A DNA stretch of 61,126 nt. It comes from an uncultured Acidobacteriaceae bacterium. GTDB lineage: Bacteria > Acidobacteriota > Terriglobia > Terriglobales > Acidobacteriaceae. Below, piece after piece: positions 51,188 through 61,072 of the stretch. The stretch is from positions 1-61,126 of the forward strand of contig CAXTGN010000001.1 in NCBI GenBank assembly GCA_964243455.1. The letters are read 5' to 3'. Below the pieces are notes generated by a model. That model was not told where the DNA came from. It did not search any database and was given only the letters and a program-made list of their open reading frames with translations. Both the position numbers and the translations under genes were made by a program. Every line of letters begins with the position of its first letter. Positions within the stretch are counted from its first letter, which is position 1.

Positions 51188-51406
51188 CTATACCTTCGGG
51201 TTGGTGGGGGCGTAGGCGGACTGGTCGGGGTTCCTGCCCCGCTGGTCCGGCGACTCCCGCCGACGCTCCTCCTCCTCCAGCAGCCGCAAGGCGGCGCGGA
51301 CCACCTCGCTCGCGCTGCGGAAGCGGCCGGAGGCGACGCGGCCGTCTATAAACGCCTCGATCTCCGGGGTGAGCGAGACGTTCCTGGTCTTGACGTTCAC
51401 GGGCAT
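51188..51406 (-). CDS. Orphan ParD-like RHH protein
   Basis: NVSLTPE...VASGRFRSASEVVRAALRLL; no parE nearby. Confidence 0.85.
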   Translation of the reverse strand: MPVNVKTRNVSLTPEIEAFIDGRVASGRFRSASEVVRAALRLLEEEERRRESPDQRGRNPDQSAYAPTNPKV

Positions 51407-51549
51407 AGGCGGAGAATTGGGGACCGAAGCGGCTTGTCAATCCTTGTTAAGGTTTGCTTTGCGCACAGGGCTGGTAAAGCCGGCACGGTGCGACACCGCA
51501 AGGTGTAGCTGAACGGTTGCTCCGGGAACTGGCGGAGTCAGCATTTGCG

Positions 51550-52728
51550 CTATGCGGCAGCCTTGGTCCCGTCGGTCGGCATCGACACCGCAAACGCCAA
51601 TGTCCACAGCGTCCCATCGCCAGATTGGACATCCAGCGTGCCGCCGATCCGCTCCAGCAACCGCTTGACCAGGCCCACCCCGTGCCGGGTGCTGTCGGCC
51701 TTGGCCACAAAGCCGACCCCGTCGTCCCGGATTGTAACCGTCGCACGGCCGTCGCCGAAACGCGCCAGGGTGACTATGATGGTCCCGTCCCGGTTCGGGA
51801 AGGCATGGCCGTAGCTGTTCGTCACCAGCTCCGCGACCGCCATGCCAAGGGCGGTCACCCCGTCCAGGCCAAGCCGGGTGGTCTCTGCATTGCAAACGAT
51901 CTGCACTGGCCGCTTCCGCTCGGCTTGCAGCCCGGGCAGGCGGAGGCACAGCGCCCGGAGATAGTCGGCCAGGTCCACGGTTTCGCTCAGGCCGACGCCA
52001 AGCAGGCTATCATAGACCTGGGCCAGCGTGGTCACACGCCGCACGATCAGGTCTATGCCCTGCCGGGCTTCGTCGCTGGTCGTGGTTCGCGCAAAGCTCT
52101 CCAACATGCCGCCGACCATTTGCAGGTTGTTCCTGACCCGGTGCTGCAGCTCCTCCGCCAGCAGGTTCTTGGCATCCAGCGCGGCCCGCAGCGCCTTGAC
52201 CCGCCCAACGGTGGCCACAGCCTCGGCCAGCACGTTGGCGAAGCCGGTCAGGAAGTTGATGTCGTGCTCGTCGTACTGGTGCTGGTGGGTGCTATCGATC
52301 TCCAAGACGCCATAGGGCGCCCCGTCGATGGCCGGGATCAGCACGTCCACGGTCGAGATGACGCCGTGCTCCTCGTAGAAGGCCGGCAGCGCCAGGTTGT
52401 TGGCAGTGTTGATGTTGCGGATGATGACCGGTTTGCCGGTAACGTAGGCCCGTCCTTGGGGCGAACTCTCGTCGGCTTGCGACACCACGCGGCCGACGAC
52501 GCCGAGCTTCCAGCCCCATCCGGCCTCGATCAGCAGGTCGTTCTTGTCTGGCCGGTAGCGGCATACCTTGGAGAAGGGCACCTCTAGGGAGGCGGCGCAG
52601 GTGCGCGCGGCCTCTGTCAGGATCGTGAGCAGATCGGTTTCCCGGAACGCAAAACTGCCGAACGCGGCCAGGGCGGCCTGCTGCCGCAGCAGCTTCCCGA
52701 TGGTGCGGTTGTCGCTGCTGTTGGACAT
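51550..52728 (-). CDS. GAF-HisKA_2 histidine kinase (copy A)
   Basis: GAF domain (YGVLEIDS), ELQHRVRNNLQ, ELVTNS and DDGVG. Confidence 0.93.
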   Translation of the reverse strand: MSNSSDNRTIGKLLRQQAALAAFGSFAFRETDLLTILTEAARTCAASLEVPFSKVCRYRPDKNDLLIEAGWGWKLGVVGRVVSQADESSPQGRAYVTGKPVIIRNINTANNLALPAFYEEHGVISTVDVLIPAIDGAPYGVLEIDSTHQHQYDEHDINFLTGFANVLAEAVATVGRVKALRAALDAKNLLAEELQHRVRNNLQMVGGMLESFARTTTSDEARQGIDLIVRRVTTLAQVYDSLLGVGLSETVDLADYLRALCLRLPGLQAERKRPVQIVCNAETTRLGLDGVTALGMAVAELVTNSYGHAFPNRDGTIIVTLARFGDGRATVTIRDDGVGFVAKADSTRHGVGLVKRLLERIGGTLDVQSGDGTLWTLAFAVSMPTDGTKAAA

Positions 52729-53154
52729 TAAGCTAACCTACAAAGGACCAAGGGCAGATTCCTGGTAGGTCAAGATCATATACTCTTGGCTGCGGCCACA
52801 TACAAATGGAAGTATTCTACACGGAAATGCGCCAGGCCTGAAAGGTAAGTTCAGAAATTTACTGCCTGGTGGTGGCCTGATATCGGACAGGAAGACTTCA
52901 TTCAACGGATGGCCACCGCGAGCAGGCGAGTAGATTCCTCACCGCGATCGGGCACCCGTGAGATGCACGGCTCGCGGCCAGCTACGGCTCCCCCGCAACC
53001 CTGCTTTCCTTTATAGGGTGCCGTGCAACAGGCACAGATAGAAGCAGAGTGGTGCGGTTTGCACCTGGCGCAGCGTCCGGCAAGGTTCGTTCGACGGATA
53101 GCGAGCGTTTGCTGCCGGCCTCCCAGCTTCAAGCAAGCCGCAAGGTGACGCTTC

Positions 53155-54333
53155 CTAGGCAGCCACTTCGGTTCTGTCAGACAGCGCTGGCACTGGAAAA
53201 TCCAGCTTCCACACTGTCCCGGCGTTGAAGCGCATGTCCAAGCTGCCGCCGATCCGGTCCATAAGCCGCTTGACCAGGCTCAGCCCGTTGCGCGAGGTGG
53301 CGAACTTGGCTGGGGAGCCCACGCCGTCGTCGCGGACCGTGAGCACCGCGGCGGCGGGACCGGAGCGCGCCAGGGTGACGCTGATCGTGCCGCCCCGGTC
53401 CGGAAAGGCATGGTCGTAGCTGTTGGTCACCAGCTCCGCGACCACCATCCCCAGCGTCGCCGTCTCATCCACGCCGAACATGACCGGTTCCGCGTGACAA
53501 AAGATGTGCACGGGATGGCTGTGCTCGGCCTGCATGCCGGGCAGGCTGACGCACAGCGCCTGGAGATAGCCGGCCAGGTCCACCGTTCCGCTCAGCCCGG
53601 TGCTGAGCAGGCTGTCATAGACCTGCGACAGCGTGGTCACGCGGCGCACGATCAGGTCGATGCCGTCCCGCGCCACCCCGCTGGCCGTGCGCTGGGCGTA
53701 GCCTTCCAACATGCCGGTGATCATCTGCAGGTTGTTCCTGACCCGGTGCTGCAGCTCATCGGCTAGCCGGTTCTTGGCCTCCAGCGCATCCCGCAGCGCC
53801 TTGACCCGGGTTACGGTGGCGACGGCCTCGGCCAGCACGTTGGCGAAGCCGGTCAGGAAGTTGATGTCATGCTCGTCGTACTGGTGCTGGCGGGTGCTGT
53901 CGATCTCCAGCACGCCATAAGGTGTCCCCTCGATGGCTGGGATGAGCACGTCCACGGTCGAGACGACGCCGTGTTCCTCGTAGAAGTCTGGCAGGGCTTG
54001 GTTGGTGGAAGCGTGCAGGTTGCGGATGATGACCGGCTTGCCCGTGACATAGGCCCGTCCTTGCGGCGAACTCTCGTTGGCCTGGGAGACCACGCGGCCG
54101 ACGACGCCGAGGTGCCAGCCCCACCCGGCCACGATGAGCAGGTCATCTTCTGCGGCGCGGTAGCGGCAGACCTTGCAGAACGGCACGTCCAGGGACGCGG
54201 CGCAGATGCGCGCGGCCTCGGTCAGGATCTTGAGCAGGTCTGTTTCCCGGAACGCGAAGGCGCCAAAGTTTGCCAGAGCGGCTTGCTGCCGCAGCAGCTT
54301 CTCGATGGTGCGGTCACTGCTGCTGTCGGACAT
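53155..54333 (-). CDS. GAF-HisKA_2 histidine kinase (copy B)
   Basis: Paralog of copy A, also 392 aa. Confidence 0.93.
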   Translation of the reverse strand: MSDSSSDRTIEKLLRQQAALANFGAFAFRETDLLKILTEAARICAASLDVPFCKVCRYRAAEDDLLIVAGWGWHLGVVGRVVSQANESSPQGRAYVTGKPVIIRNLHASTNQALPDFYEEHGVVSTVDVLIPAIEGTPYGVLEIDSTRQHQYDEHDINFLTGFANVLAEAVATVTRVKALRDALEAKNRLADELQHRVRNNLQMITGMLEGYAQRTASGVARDGIDLIVRRVTTLSQVYDSLLSTGLSGTVDLAGYLQALCVSLPGMQAEHSHPVHIFCHAEPVMFGVDETATLGMVVAELVTNSYDHAFPDRGGTISVTLARSGPAAAVLTVRDDGVGSPAKFATSRNGLSLVKRLMDRIGGSLDMRFNAGTVWKLDFPVPALSDRTEVAA

Positions 54334-54669
54334 CTTGGGTTAACCTGCAAAGGAGGCACTCAAACCTCGGTAGGCCGTGACCATACTCCTTGTTTGGAGG
54401 TTTGTGTACATTGCTGCGTCGTTTCCAGGTCATCCAACAGGAAACTTCAGACATTTCCAAGTGCGACAGTGGTAAATTTCGTCATCGCGCGTCAACGGAC
54501 TTGAGTCGCAGATGCACAGTCTGGGAACGCTTGGCCAGGATCTCGAAGGGCGCGTGCCCGCATTGAGGTGAGGTCTTTCACAATCCTGGACAGGACTGCC
54601 TCGACCAGGTCACAAACCGACGTTGCACGACCAAGCTGATCCAGCACCGGAGCAACGTGAGATACGACG

Positions 54670-55446
54670 TCACACCCGTCCCGAAGGCGGCGCAGCCCGC
54701 GAGCCCGTCGGTCCAGGCTCCTGATCCGGGCTGCCGGCTGCCGCGGCTTCGGCAAAGGCTCGCACTCGCCCGTAGCAGCCGCACGCCGCTGCCTCCAGGC
54801 CCGGCCGGTCGCAGATTACGATGCGCCTCCGTCCCGTGCCGATGGCTCCTGTCGCCTGCAACGATTGTAGCGCGACCGTCACGCCGGACCGCCGGACGGC
54901 GAGCATGATGGACAGGAACTCCTGCGTCATGACCAGGTCATCCCCGTCCACACGGTCATGCGCCATCAGCAGCCAGCGTGCGAGGCGCTGCGTCAGGCCG
55001 TGCTGGCTGTTGCAGGCCGCCGTCTGCGACACCTGCGCCATAAAGGCCTCCAGGGCTTGCAGCAGGAGCCGGCGCAACACCGGCATGGCATTCATGCTGT
55101 CGCGCAACGCCTCGACCGTCATGCACTGTGCCGCACCCGGCATCTGCACCATGGCCCGGTCAAACGACACAGGCCTGGCATTGAGCAGCACCGGCAGGCC
55201 CACCATGCCCTCGCGCCCGATCAGGCCGACCTCGGTGCCGATGTCGTCGCCATCGGCCTGGGCGACCATGGAGGCGAAACCCTCCTCGACGAAGAACACC
55301 TGGTCGATGCGCTCGCCGGCCTCGTGCAGGCCCTGACCGTTGACCCACCGCACCCGTCTCAGCAGCGGGCGGAGCCGTTGCAGTTCGGCCGGCGGCAAGG
55401 CGGACAGCAGCTCGTTCCTGCTGAACGGCGGCGCTTGGGACGTCAT
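54670..55446 (-). CDS. Crp/Fnr-family regulator (copy 1)
   Basis: NELLSAL, EVGLIGREG, RLARWLL and TQEFLSIMLAVRR. Confidence 0.93.
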   Translation of the reverse strand: MTSQAPPFSRNELLSALPPAELQRLRPLLRRVRWVNGQGLHEAGERIDQVFFVEEGFASMVAQADGDDIGTEVGLIGREGMVGLPVLLNARPVSFDRAMVQMPGAAQCMTVEALRDSMNAMPVLRRLLLQALEAFMAQVSQTAACNSQHGLTQRLARWLLMAHDRVDGDDLVMTQEFLSIMLAVRRSGVTVALQSLQATGAIGTGRRRIVICDRPGLEAAACGCYGRVRAFAEAAAAGSPDQEPGPTGSRAAPPSGRV

Positions 55447-55456
55447 GAGGCACGCA

Positions 55457-55533
55457 CTCCTGAACGGAGGCGGGAGCACGGGGCGGCTCTCAGCCGCTTG
55501 CGCCCAGATGTCTTGGCAAGCGATGATGTGCAG
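55457..55533 (-). ncRNA. Candidate structured 5' leader (copy 1)
   Basis: Shares GCTTGCCA..TGGGCGCAAGCGGCTGAGAG..GCTCCCGCCT with 56967-57039. Confidence 0.5.
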
Positions 55534-55787
55534 TAACAGACAATACAGAGATTGCCTAACTACGTTTCAATGTGGGACAGAGCACAACTTATGCGGGAAC
55601 ATATAGCCCCATGCCCCCAGGTCAGCATCCATTGCTGATCTGAATGAGTTGTGGATTTGGGATGAGCCGCAGTCCCGGACTGAGTAGTTTCCGAACCTGC
55701 CAAGCTGCACTCTTAACGGCTATTGTTGACTTCCAGAGCGTGGCGAGTGGCCGCCTGCATAGTGTGGAACAGGGCAGCCCAAGCAGG

Positions 55788-56459
55788 ATGGTCACCAGCA
55801 GGGATGGCAGGGCGGCCGAGACCTTCCCGGTGATCTGCGTCGGCGGCTCAGCCGGCGGCCTTGACGCTTATACGCGCCTGCTGCGCCACCTGCCCGCCGA
55901 CCTCGGCGCCACGGTCGTCATCGTCAACCACCTCAGGGTCGTGGACACCCTGCTCCACCGGCTCCTGCCCCGGCATACGAGGATGCCGGTCGAACTCATC
56001 ACCGAGGGCCTGCACCTGCGGCCCAACACGGTGTTCATCATCCCGGCCGGGCGTGACCTGCACGTCCGGGACGGCAGGTTCCGCCTTGAGCCGATCTCCA
56101 AGATGAGAGGGTGGCCCAACGTCGTCACTCTGTTCCTCCGTTCCCTGGCAGAGCACTGGGGCGGCAGGCTGGTCGCTGTCATCGTTTCCGGCAAAGGCGA
56201 TGACGGCGCCGCGGCACTGTGCGGCGTCAGGGCCGCGGGCGGCGTGACGATCGCGCAGAGGCTGGACACGGCTGAGGAGCCGGACATGCCCGCAAGTGCG
56301 ATCGCGAGCGGGTGCGTGGACTTCATCCTCACGCCGGAAGAGGTCGCGGCTCAGATTGTTTGCATGACATCCGACGCTATGCCCTCAGCGACTCTGCCGG
56401 CAGGCGGTCAAGCAGCCGTCCTACCGTCGCCACCAGGCTGTTCGGGTCATAGGGCTTGA
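55788..56459 (+). CDS. Stand-alone CheB methylesterase
   Basis: GGSAGG, NHL and GDDG triad; PDMPASAI. Confidence 0.9.
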   Translation: MVTSRDGRAAETFPVICVGGSAGGLDAYTRLLRHLPADLGATVVIVNHLRVVDTLLHRLLPRHTRMPVELITEGLHLRPNTVFIIPAGRDLHVRDGRFRLEPISKMRGWPNVVTLFLRSLAEHWGGRLVAVIVSGKGDDGAAALCGVRAAGGVTIAQRLDTAEEPDMPASAIASGCVDFILTPEEVAAQIVCMTSDAMPSATLPAGGQAAVLPSPPGCSGHRA

Positions 56460-56763
56460 CCAGCATCTCCACCCGGTGCCGCTCGCGGGACTCTGCCGTG
56501 ACGGCATCGGTCCGGGCCGTCGTGATCAGCATGGGGATGTCCGGATAGCTCCCGCGCATGTGCTGCACGAGCTGCCCGCCGGTGACGCCGTGCGGCATGT
56601 GGAAGTCGGTGACGAGGATGCTGAACCGGGTGGGCCATTGCCTGATCAGGGCGACGGCTTCAGGCCCGTGTCCCGCGGTCATCACCTCATGGCCCGCATC
56701 CTCCAGGCACGCAGCGGCTGACATCAGGATCAGCGGCTCGTCCTCGACCACCAGAACACACAC
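56377..56763 (-). CDS. Single-domain response regulator
   Basis: VLVVEDE, LVTDFHMP and KPY. Confidence 0.9.
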   Translation of the reverse strand: MCVLVVEDEPLILMSAAACLEDAGHEVMTAGHGPEAVALIRQWPTRFSILVTDFHMPHGVTGGQLVQHMRGSYPDIPMLITTARTDAVTAESRERHRVEMLVKPYDPNSLVATVGRLLDRLPAESLRA

Positions 56764-56966
56764 AGTCTCGACCTCCCTGCACGCCGGCCCTCAACGGCAC
56801 GGCGTGAACAGGATGGTTAACCCTCGGCTTCCCTCAATGTTTTCAGGGAAAGTCGCATTGGCGCTATAAATCAATCACGGGTTCGCAACCCTGTACGGCC
56901 AAGAACCTTCCCTTGTTCAAGACATCGCATTTGACTGTCCAGTTAGCTCCCGATCCTCTAGACAAC

Positions 56967-57039
56967 CTGCACTGCTTGCCACGGCCCTTGGGCGCAAGCG
57001 GCTGAGAGACGCGCTGCGCTCCCGCCTTTTCAGCGGGAG
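56967..57039 (+). ncRNA. Candidate structured 5' leader (copy 2)
   Basis: Stem CTGCTTGC/GCAAGCGG; CTCCCGC (57019) can pair with GCGGGAG (57033), which covers the RBS. Confidence 0.5.
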
Positions 57040-57045
57040 ACTTCG

Positions 57046-57774
57046 ATGCCGTCCATGTCCAACCCCATCCAGCCTCCGTTCCGCAATGAGCTGCTGGCGG
57101 CGCTGCCCAGTGATATCGCTGCCCAGTTGCGGCCGCACCTGCATCGCGTGTCGCTGGTCATGGAACAGGAGCTGCACGAGGTCGGCAGCCCCATCGACGA
57201 CGTGTACTTCGTCGAGGCCGGCCTGGTGTCGCTGACGGCCGAGACCGGCGACAACGGCTTCGTCGAGGTCGGCATGACCGGCCGCGAGGGCCTGGTCGGG
57301 ACTGCGGCGCTGCTCAACCCTGATGCGGTCGCCGTCCACCGCGCCATCGTGCAGATCGGCGGCGCCGCGATGCGCGTGCGGGCGCATGTCCTGCGCGGCC
57401 TGGTCGAGCAGCATCCGGCGCTGCGCGACCGCTGCCTGCGCTACCTGCAGGTGGTGATGGTGCAGACCTCGCAGGCCGCGGCCTGCAACGCCCGGCATGA
57501 CCTGCCCGAGCGCTTGGCGCGCTGGCTGCTGATGACGCGCGACCGGGTGGACAGCGACGAGGTGCCGATGACGCAGGAGTTCCTGTCCTACATGCTGGGC
57601 GTGCGCCGAGCCGGGGTGTCGGTAGTCGCAAGCGCGTTGCAGGCGCAAGGGCTGATCCAGCAATCGCGCGGGCGCGTGGCCATCCTGGACCGGGCTGGCC
57701 TGGAGCAGGAGGCGTGCCCCTGCTACCGGCTGATCGAGGACAGCCGGCGGCAGATCATGGGCAGGCCGGGGTAG
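57046..57774 (+). CDS. Crp/Fnr-family regulator (copy 2)
   Basis: NELLAAL, EVGMTGREG, RLARWLL and TQEFLSYMLGVRR. Confidence 0.93.
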   Translation: MPSMSNPIQPPFRNELLAALPSDIAAQLRPHLHRVSLVMEQELHEVGSPIDDVYFVEAGLVSLTAETGDNGFVEVGMTGREGLVGTAALLNPDAVAVHRAIVQIGGAAMRVRAHVLRGLVEQHPALRDRCLRYLQVVMVQTSQAAACNARHDLPERLARWLLMTRDRVDSDEVPMTQEFLSYMLGVRRAGVSVVASALQAQGLIQQSRGRVAILDRAGLEQEACPCYRLIEDSRRQIMGRPG

Positions 57775-57891
57775 GGCTGCCGGGGCAGGAATACGCTACC
57801 GTATTCATAGACGCCTCGAACAGTACAAACTGCTGTAAACGCTTTACGTTCTTCTGTTTTCCTTCTTGCGTTTCGCGGCTCCCGCCACAGA

Positions 57892-58233
57892 ATGAGTGAG
57901 CGGCCTGATCGTGGACCAGGGAGGAAAAGGATGGTGCGAAACGTGTGGCAGACCGCCCCGTGCGGCACGCTGGCGGCAGAGACCGACCGCCACCGACTGG
58001 CCGTCAGGCTTGTGGGCGGGTGGACACGCTACACGGTCACCCGGCGCAACGACGGGGCCGACCGCCAGCCTCCCGTCCTGTTGGCATCAGGGAGCATGAG
58101 GGACACCCAGGCCGCGATGGACGCGGCCGAGACGGCGGCATCCAGAATCGTGGCTGCGGGCAGCGCGACACGCTCCGAGGATCGCGGCGGGCACGCGGAC
58201 GCCGGGAAGCGTGCGGAAGCCTGGGCGGCATGA
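57892..58233 (+). CDS. Hypothetical protein
   Basis: ATGA-coupled to a receiver; likely start at MVRNVW (57931). Confidence 0.55.
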   Translation: MSERPDRGPGRKRMVRNVWQTAPCGTLAAETDRHRLAVRLVGGWTRYTVTRRNDGADRQPPVLLASGSMRDTQAAMDAAETAASRIVAAGSATRSEDRGGHADAGKRAEAWAA

Positions 58234-58649
58234 CCGTCCTGCTCGTGGAGGATGACCCGCTGGTTCGGGAGTGCCTCGGCCTTGACCTGCGTGATGCCGG
58301 GTTCCAGGTCATCGAGGCCGCAGACGGTGCGGAAGCCCTGTCCCAGATGGACGGCAGCCTGACGCCCCTGGTGTTGGTGACCGACTTGCAGCTTGGCTGT
58401 GGGATGAACGGCCTGCGGCTGATCGCCGAGGCCCGGCGCCGGTGGCCGCGGCTTCGCGCTGTCCTGATCAGCGGCGCCGAGTTGGAACCGCCCCACCTTG
58501 CGGACGCTGACCGGTTCCTGCTGAAGCCGTTTTCCGGCACGGACCTGGTCTGTGCCGTCATGGCTCTTGCTGGTGGCTGCGCTGTGCCAGGACCAGGTCT
58601 TGCGTCCTCGATCGCGCCCGTGCCGGAATTGGTGCGGGACTGGACATGA
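58230..58649 (+). CDS. Single-domain response regulator
   Basis: VLLVEDD, LVTDLQL, ISG and KPF. Confidence 0.88.
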   Translation: MTVLLVEDDPLVRECLGLDLRDAGFQVIEAADGAEALSQMDGSLTPLVLVTDLQLGCGMNGLRLIAEARRRWPRLRAVLISGAELEPPHLADADRFLLKPFSGTDLVCAVMALAGGCAVPGPGLASSIAPVPELVRDWT

Positions 58650-59176
58650 TAGGTACGAGGCAGAGGCGCATTAGGGAAATTCATTTTCTAAGATTTATCG
58701 TGGGTCAGGCAAATTACGTGGCAGATAAGGACGGTGATTTTGTATAGAGATAGCAAAGAGGTAATCGATAGAAAACACGGAGACGTCTCCTCCTCTGGCC
58801 TTCATAAGAGAACAGCAGACGAAGGGCGTTTTCCAAATAGGTCCCAAACAAACGCCAACCAGAATGACGCAGAGGTATTGGATGATGTCATTGCGGATTT
58901 GATGCAGCGTGACAGGAAGCGGTTGCGAAACAGCGGTGGGTCTCAACGCTGATCAGCGTCGTAACCTACTGGATGTTCGGATTTCGCCTGGGTCCGCTAT
59001 CTGTTCTGACCAACACCGGGGTGCTGGACGAGGCGTCTAAGCGGTCGCGGCCGGAGCGGTTCGCCAACGGTTCCGATGGCCTGGGTTGAACCTAAATTGA
59101 CGGAACCTGGAGGGCGCAGAGCGGTATCTCCGGCGCGGGCAATGGACAAGACCGCCTGCAACCAAAGGGAACGATC

Positions 59177-59671
59177 ATGTCAAACGAGAACCTGAAGCAG
59201 TTCTACATGCAGGGCCTGCAGGCCCTGAAGGTGGCGGGACAGCGGGGCCATGAGGCCGCGAGCGAGACGCTCGGCGCGGTCACCTCGCCTGAGTTGAAGC
59301 AGTTGGTGCAGCAGGACACCGAGATGACGCAGCGGCACGCCAAGCAGTTGGACGAGTTGCTGCAGAAGGCGGGTGGGCAGGCTGGCCCCATGGAGAACCC
59401 GATCATCGAGGGCATCCAGGCTGGGGCCAAGCACATCCGCGGGGCGGCCAAGGACGACATGACCCGCGATGCCGGCATCGTCGACTCCGCGCAGATCGCG
59501 CTGCACTACTACATCGCGGCCTACGGCAGCCTGGCCGCCCATGCCAAGACGCTCGGGATGAGCGACGCGGCCGGGGTGCTGAAGGGGATGGCCGACGAGT
59601 GCAAGCAGCAGGACCAGAAGTTCACGGAACTGGCGGAGCGGGCCGTCAACCCCCAGTCCAAAGCGGCGTAA
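59177..59671 (+). CDS. DUF892/YciF ferritin-like protein
   Basis: RDAGIVDSAQ..HY.IAAYGSL and LAERAVN. A possible imperfect EcfG-type promoter GGAAC-N16-GGTA lies at 59102. Confidence 0.85.
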   Translation: MSNENLKQFYMQGLQALKVAGQRGHEAASETLGAVTSPELKQLVQQDTEMTQRHAKQLDELLQKAGGQAGPMENPIIEGIQAGAKHIRGAAKDDMTRDAGIVDSAQIALHYYIAAYGSLAAHAKTLGMSDAAGVLKGMADECKQQDQKFTELAERAVNPQSKAA

Positions 59672-59950
59672 CCTCGGCGGCGCCCGCCAGCCCAGCCCAA
59701 AACGGGACGGCGTTGGCGTAAGTAGCAGAGCGGTCGCAGCGTACAGGTTCTGGCGCCTGACGCTGCGACTGGCTCTGCCCCGGGATCGAAGCGTATTGCA
59801 TGCGCAAGCCTGCAACGGCTTCTTGGGAAGGGGCATCAGCAAGTATTCCCCGAGCTGCCACGCCATTGCACTGCTTACACAACGGCGCGGTGTGTGTTGC
59901 CGTTATTCGTGAACGCGGAACCTTTCCGCCAACTGGCCTCCGGCTTCGGC

Positions 59951-60472
59951 TGTCACGCTGCACTTAATCGTAAGAATGCACGACAAGCATTCTCAAGCAG
60001 TTACGCCTTTGGACCAGTTGGAGGCACTGCACCTAATCATGAGAATGGGCTTGGAACGCTGCACCTGATGTGAGAACCTGACCTGTCAACGTTGGCCAAA
60101 GACGGATTGCAGGCAGAATGATTGCCGACCAGGAGGCTGGCGAAGCTGGCGCCCGGGATGCCGAGCCGGCCTGGGAGGACGCGTGCCGCCGCGAGGACGC
60201 GATTCGGGAGCTTCTGCAGCGCCATTCCCAGGGCCTGACCGCCGCCGTGGTCGACGAGGTGGCCGGGCAGCTCGGCATGAGCCGGGCCAGCCCGTGAGTT
60301 CACATCAGGTCCACGCCTCTCGTTGTTCATCCGGCAACCGACGCTCCGCTTTCCACCAGATCTCGTTCTCAGATTTGCAGCAAACTTGAGAATGGGCTGC
60401 TTCAGAGTCTCAAGGTTAAGTGCAGTACTCGATGCCAAACGTGCGAGTCTCACGATTAGCTACAGCGCGACA
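59951..60472. mobile_element. Internally deleted Tn5053/Tn7-like element (522 bp)
   Basis: TGT...ACA ends; terminal IRs match at 20/26; internal CTGCAC.TAATC.TGAGA-like repeats at both ends; no TSD. Confidence 0.75.
60118..60297 (+). pseudogene. N-terminal fragment of a TniA/TnsB-like transposase
   Basis: AWEDACRREDAIRELL...VDEVAGQLGMSRAS then a stop inside the HTH. Confidence 0.7.
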
Positions 60473-60590
60473 CAGTCCGCGCTGGTCATCATAGCCGTCC
60501 CCGTCTGTGTTAGCCGGTGACCCGCCCGCAGACCGTGGTAGCGACGGCCGCGGCTCGCGCCCGGCCGCGGATGATTGCAAGCGGCTACAG

Positions 60591-61072
60591 CTATCCTTCT
60601 TGCCGTGCAGCTCGGTTTGCATTGCGGTGTGCGATGGCCGCATGATCGTCCACCCGCTCCGAACCTTCGCCACGTCGGGCACGCCGCGCCGCGTTCGGGC
60701 CGATCTTGTTCTGCGGCTCCAGTGGGATGCCGCGCGCCGCATGGCTGCGGTGGTCGATCCGTGCTTCGTGCCCATGCGCCGCCAGGCAGGCGTTCGCCAT
60801 CTCCGCCCACAGCCGGCGCCATTCCGCCGACAATGACCAGTCGTTCCAGGCAGGCTCTTTCGGGCCGAACCCGTCCGGGCCAACCCGCCGGGTGGTCAGC
60901 AGCGCCTGGGCATACGGCTTGGGCTGCCCATCCTCCCGCACCGCCCAATGCACGTTCAGGTCCGCGACCATGCCGGCCGACACGAACGCCGCCCACACAT
61001 ACGCCAGAGCCAGCGCAACTGACTGCGCCTGCGTCAGCTCCCATGGCAAGGCGAACTCCACCTCGCGGGCAA
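60591..61072 (-). CDS. 3' part of the MOBQ relaxase-domain protein (246 aa in total)
   Basis: QLAREVEFALP, GMVADLNVHW, FGPK..WN and RIDHRS; the HUH site reads PYAQ. Confidence 0.9.

Noticed and set aside
56995-57010. TPP riboswitch suggested by GCTGAGA
   Set aside because: The downstream CCTGA..TAAT..GCG.AGGGA half is missing and there are no thiamine genes.
58695-58952. Small ORFs in an AT-richer patch
   Set aside because: No motif or convincing coding signal; left uncalled.
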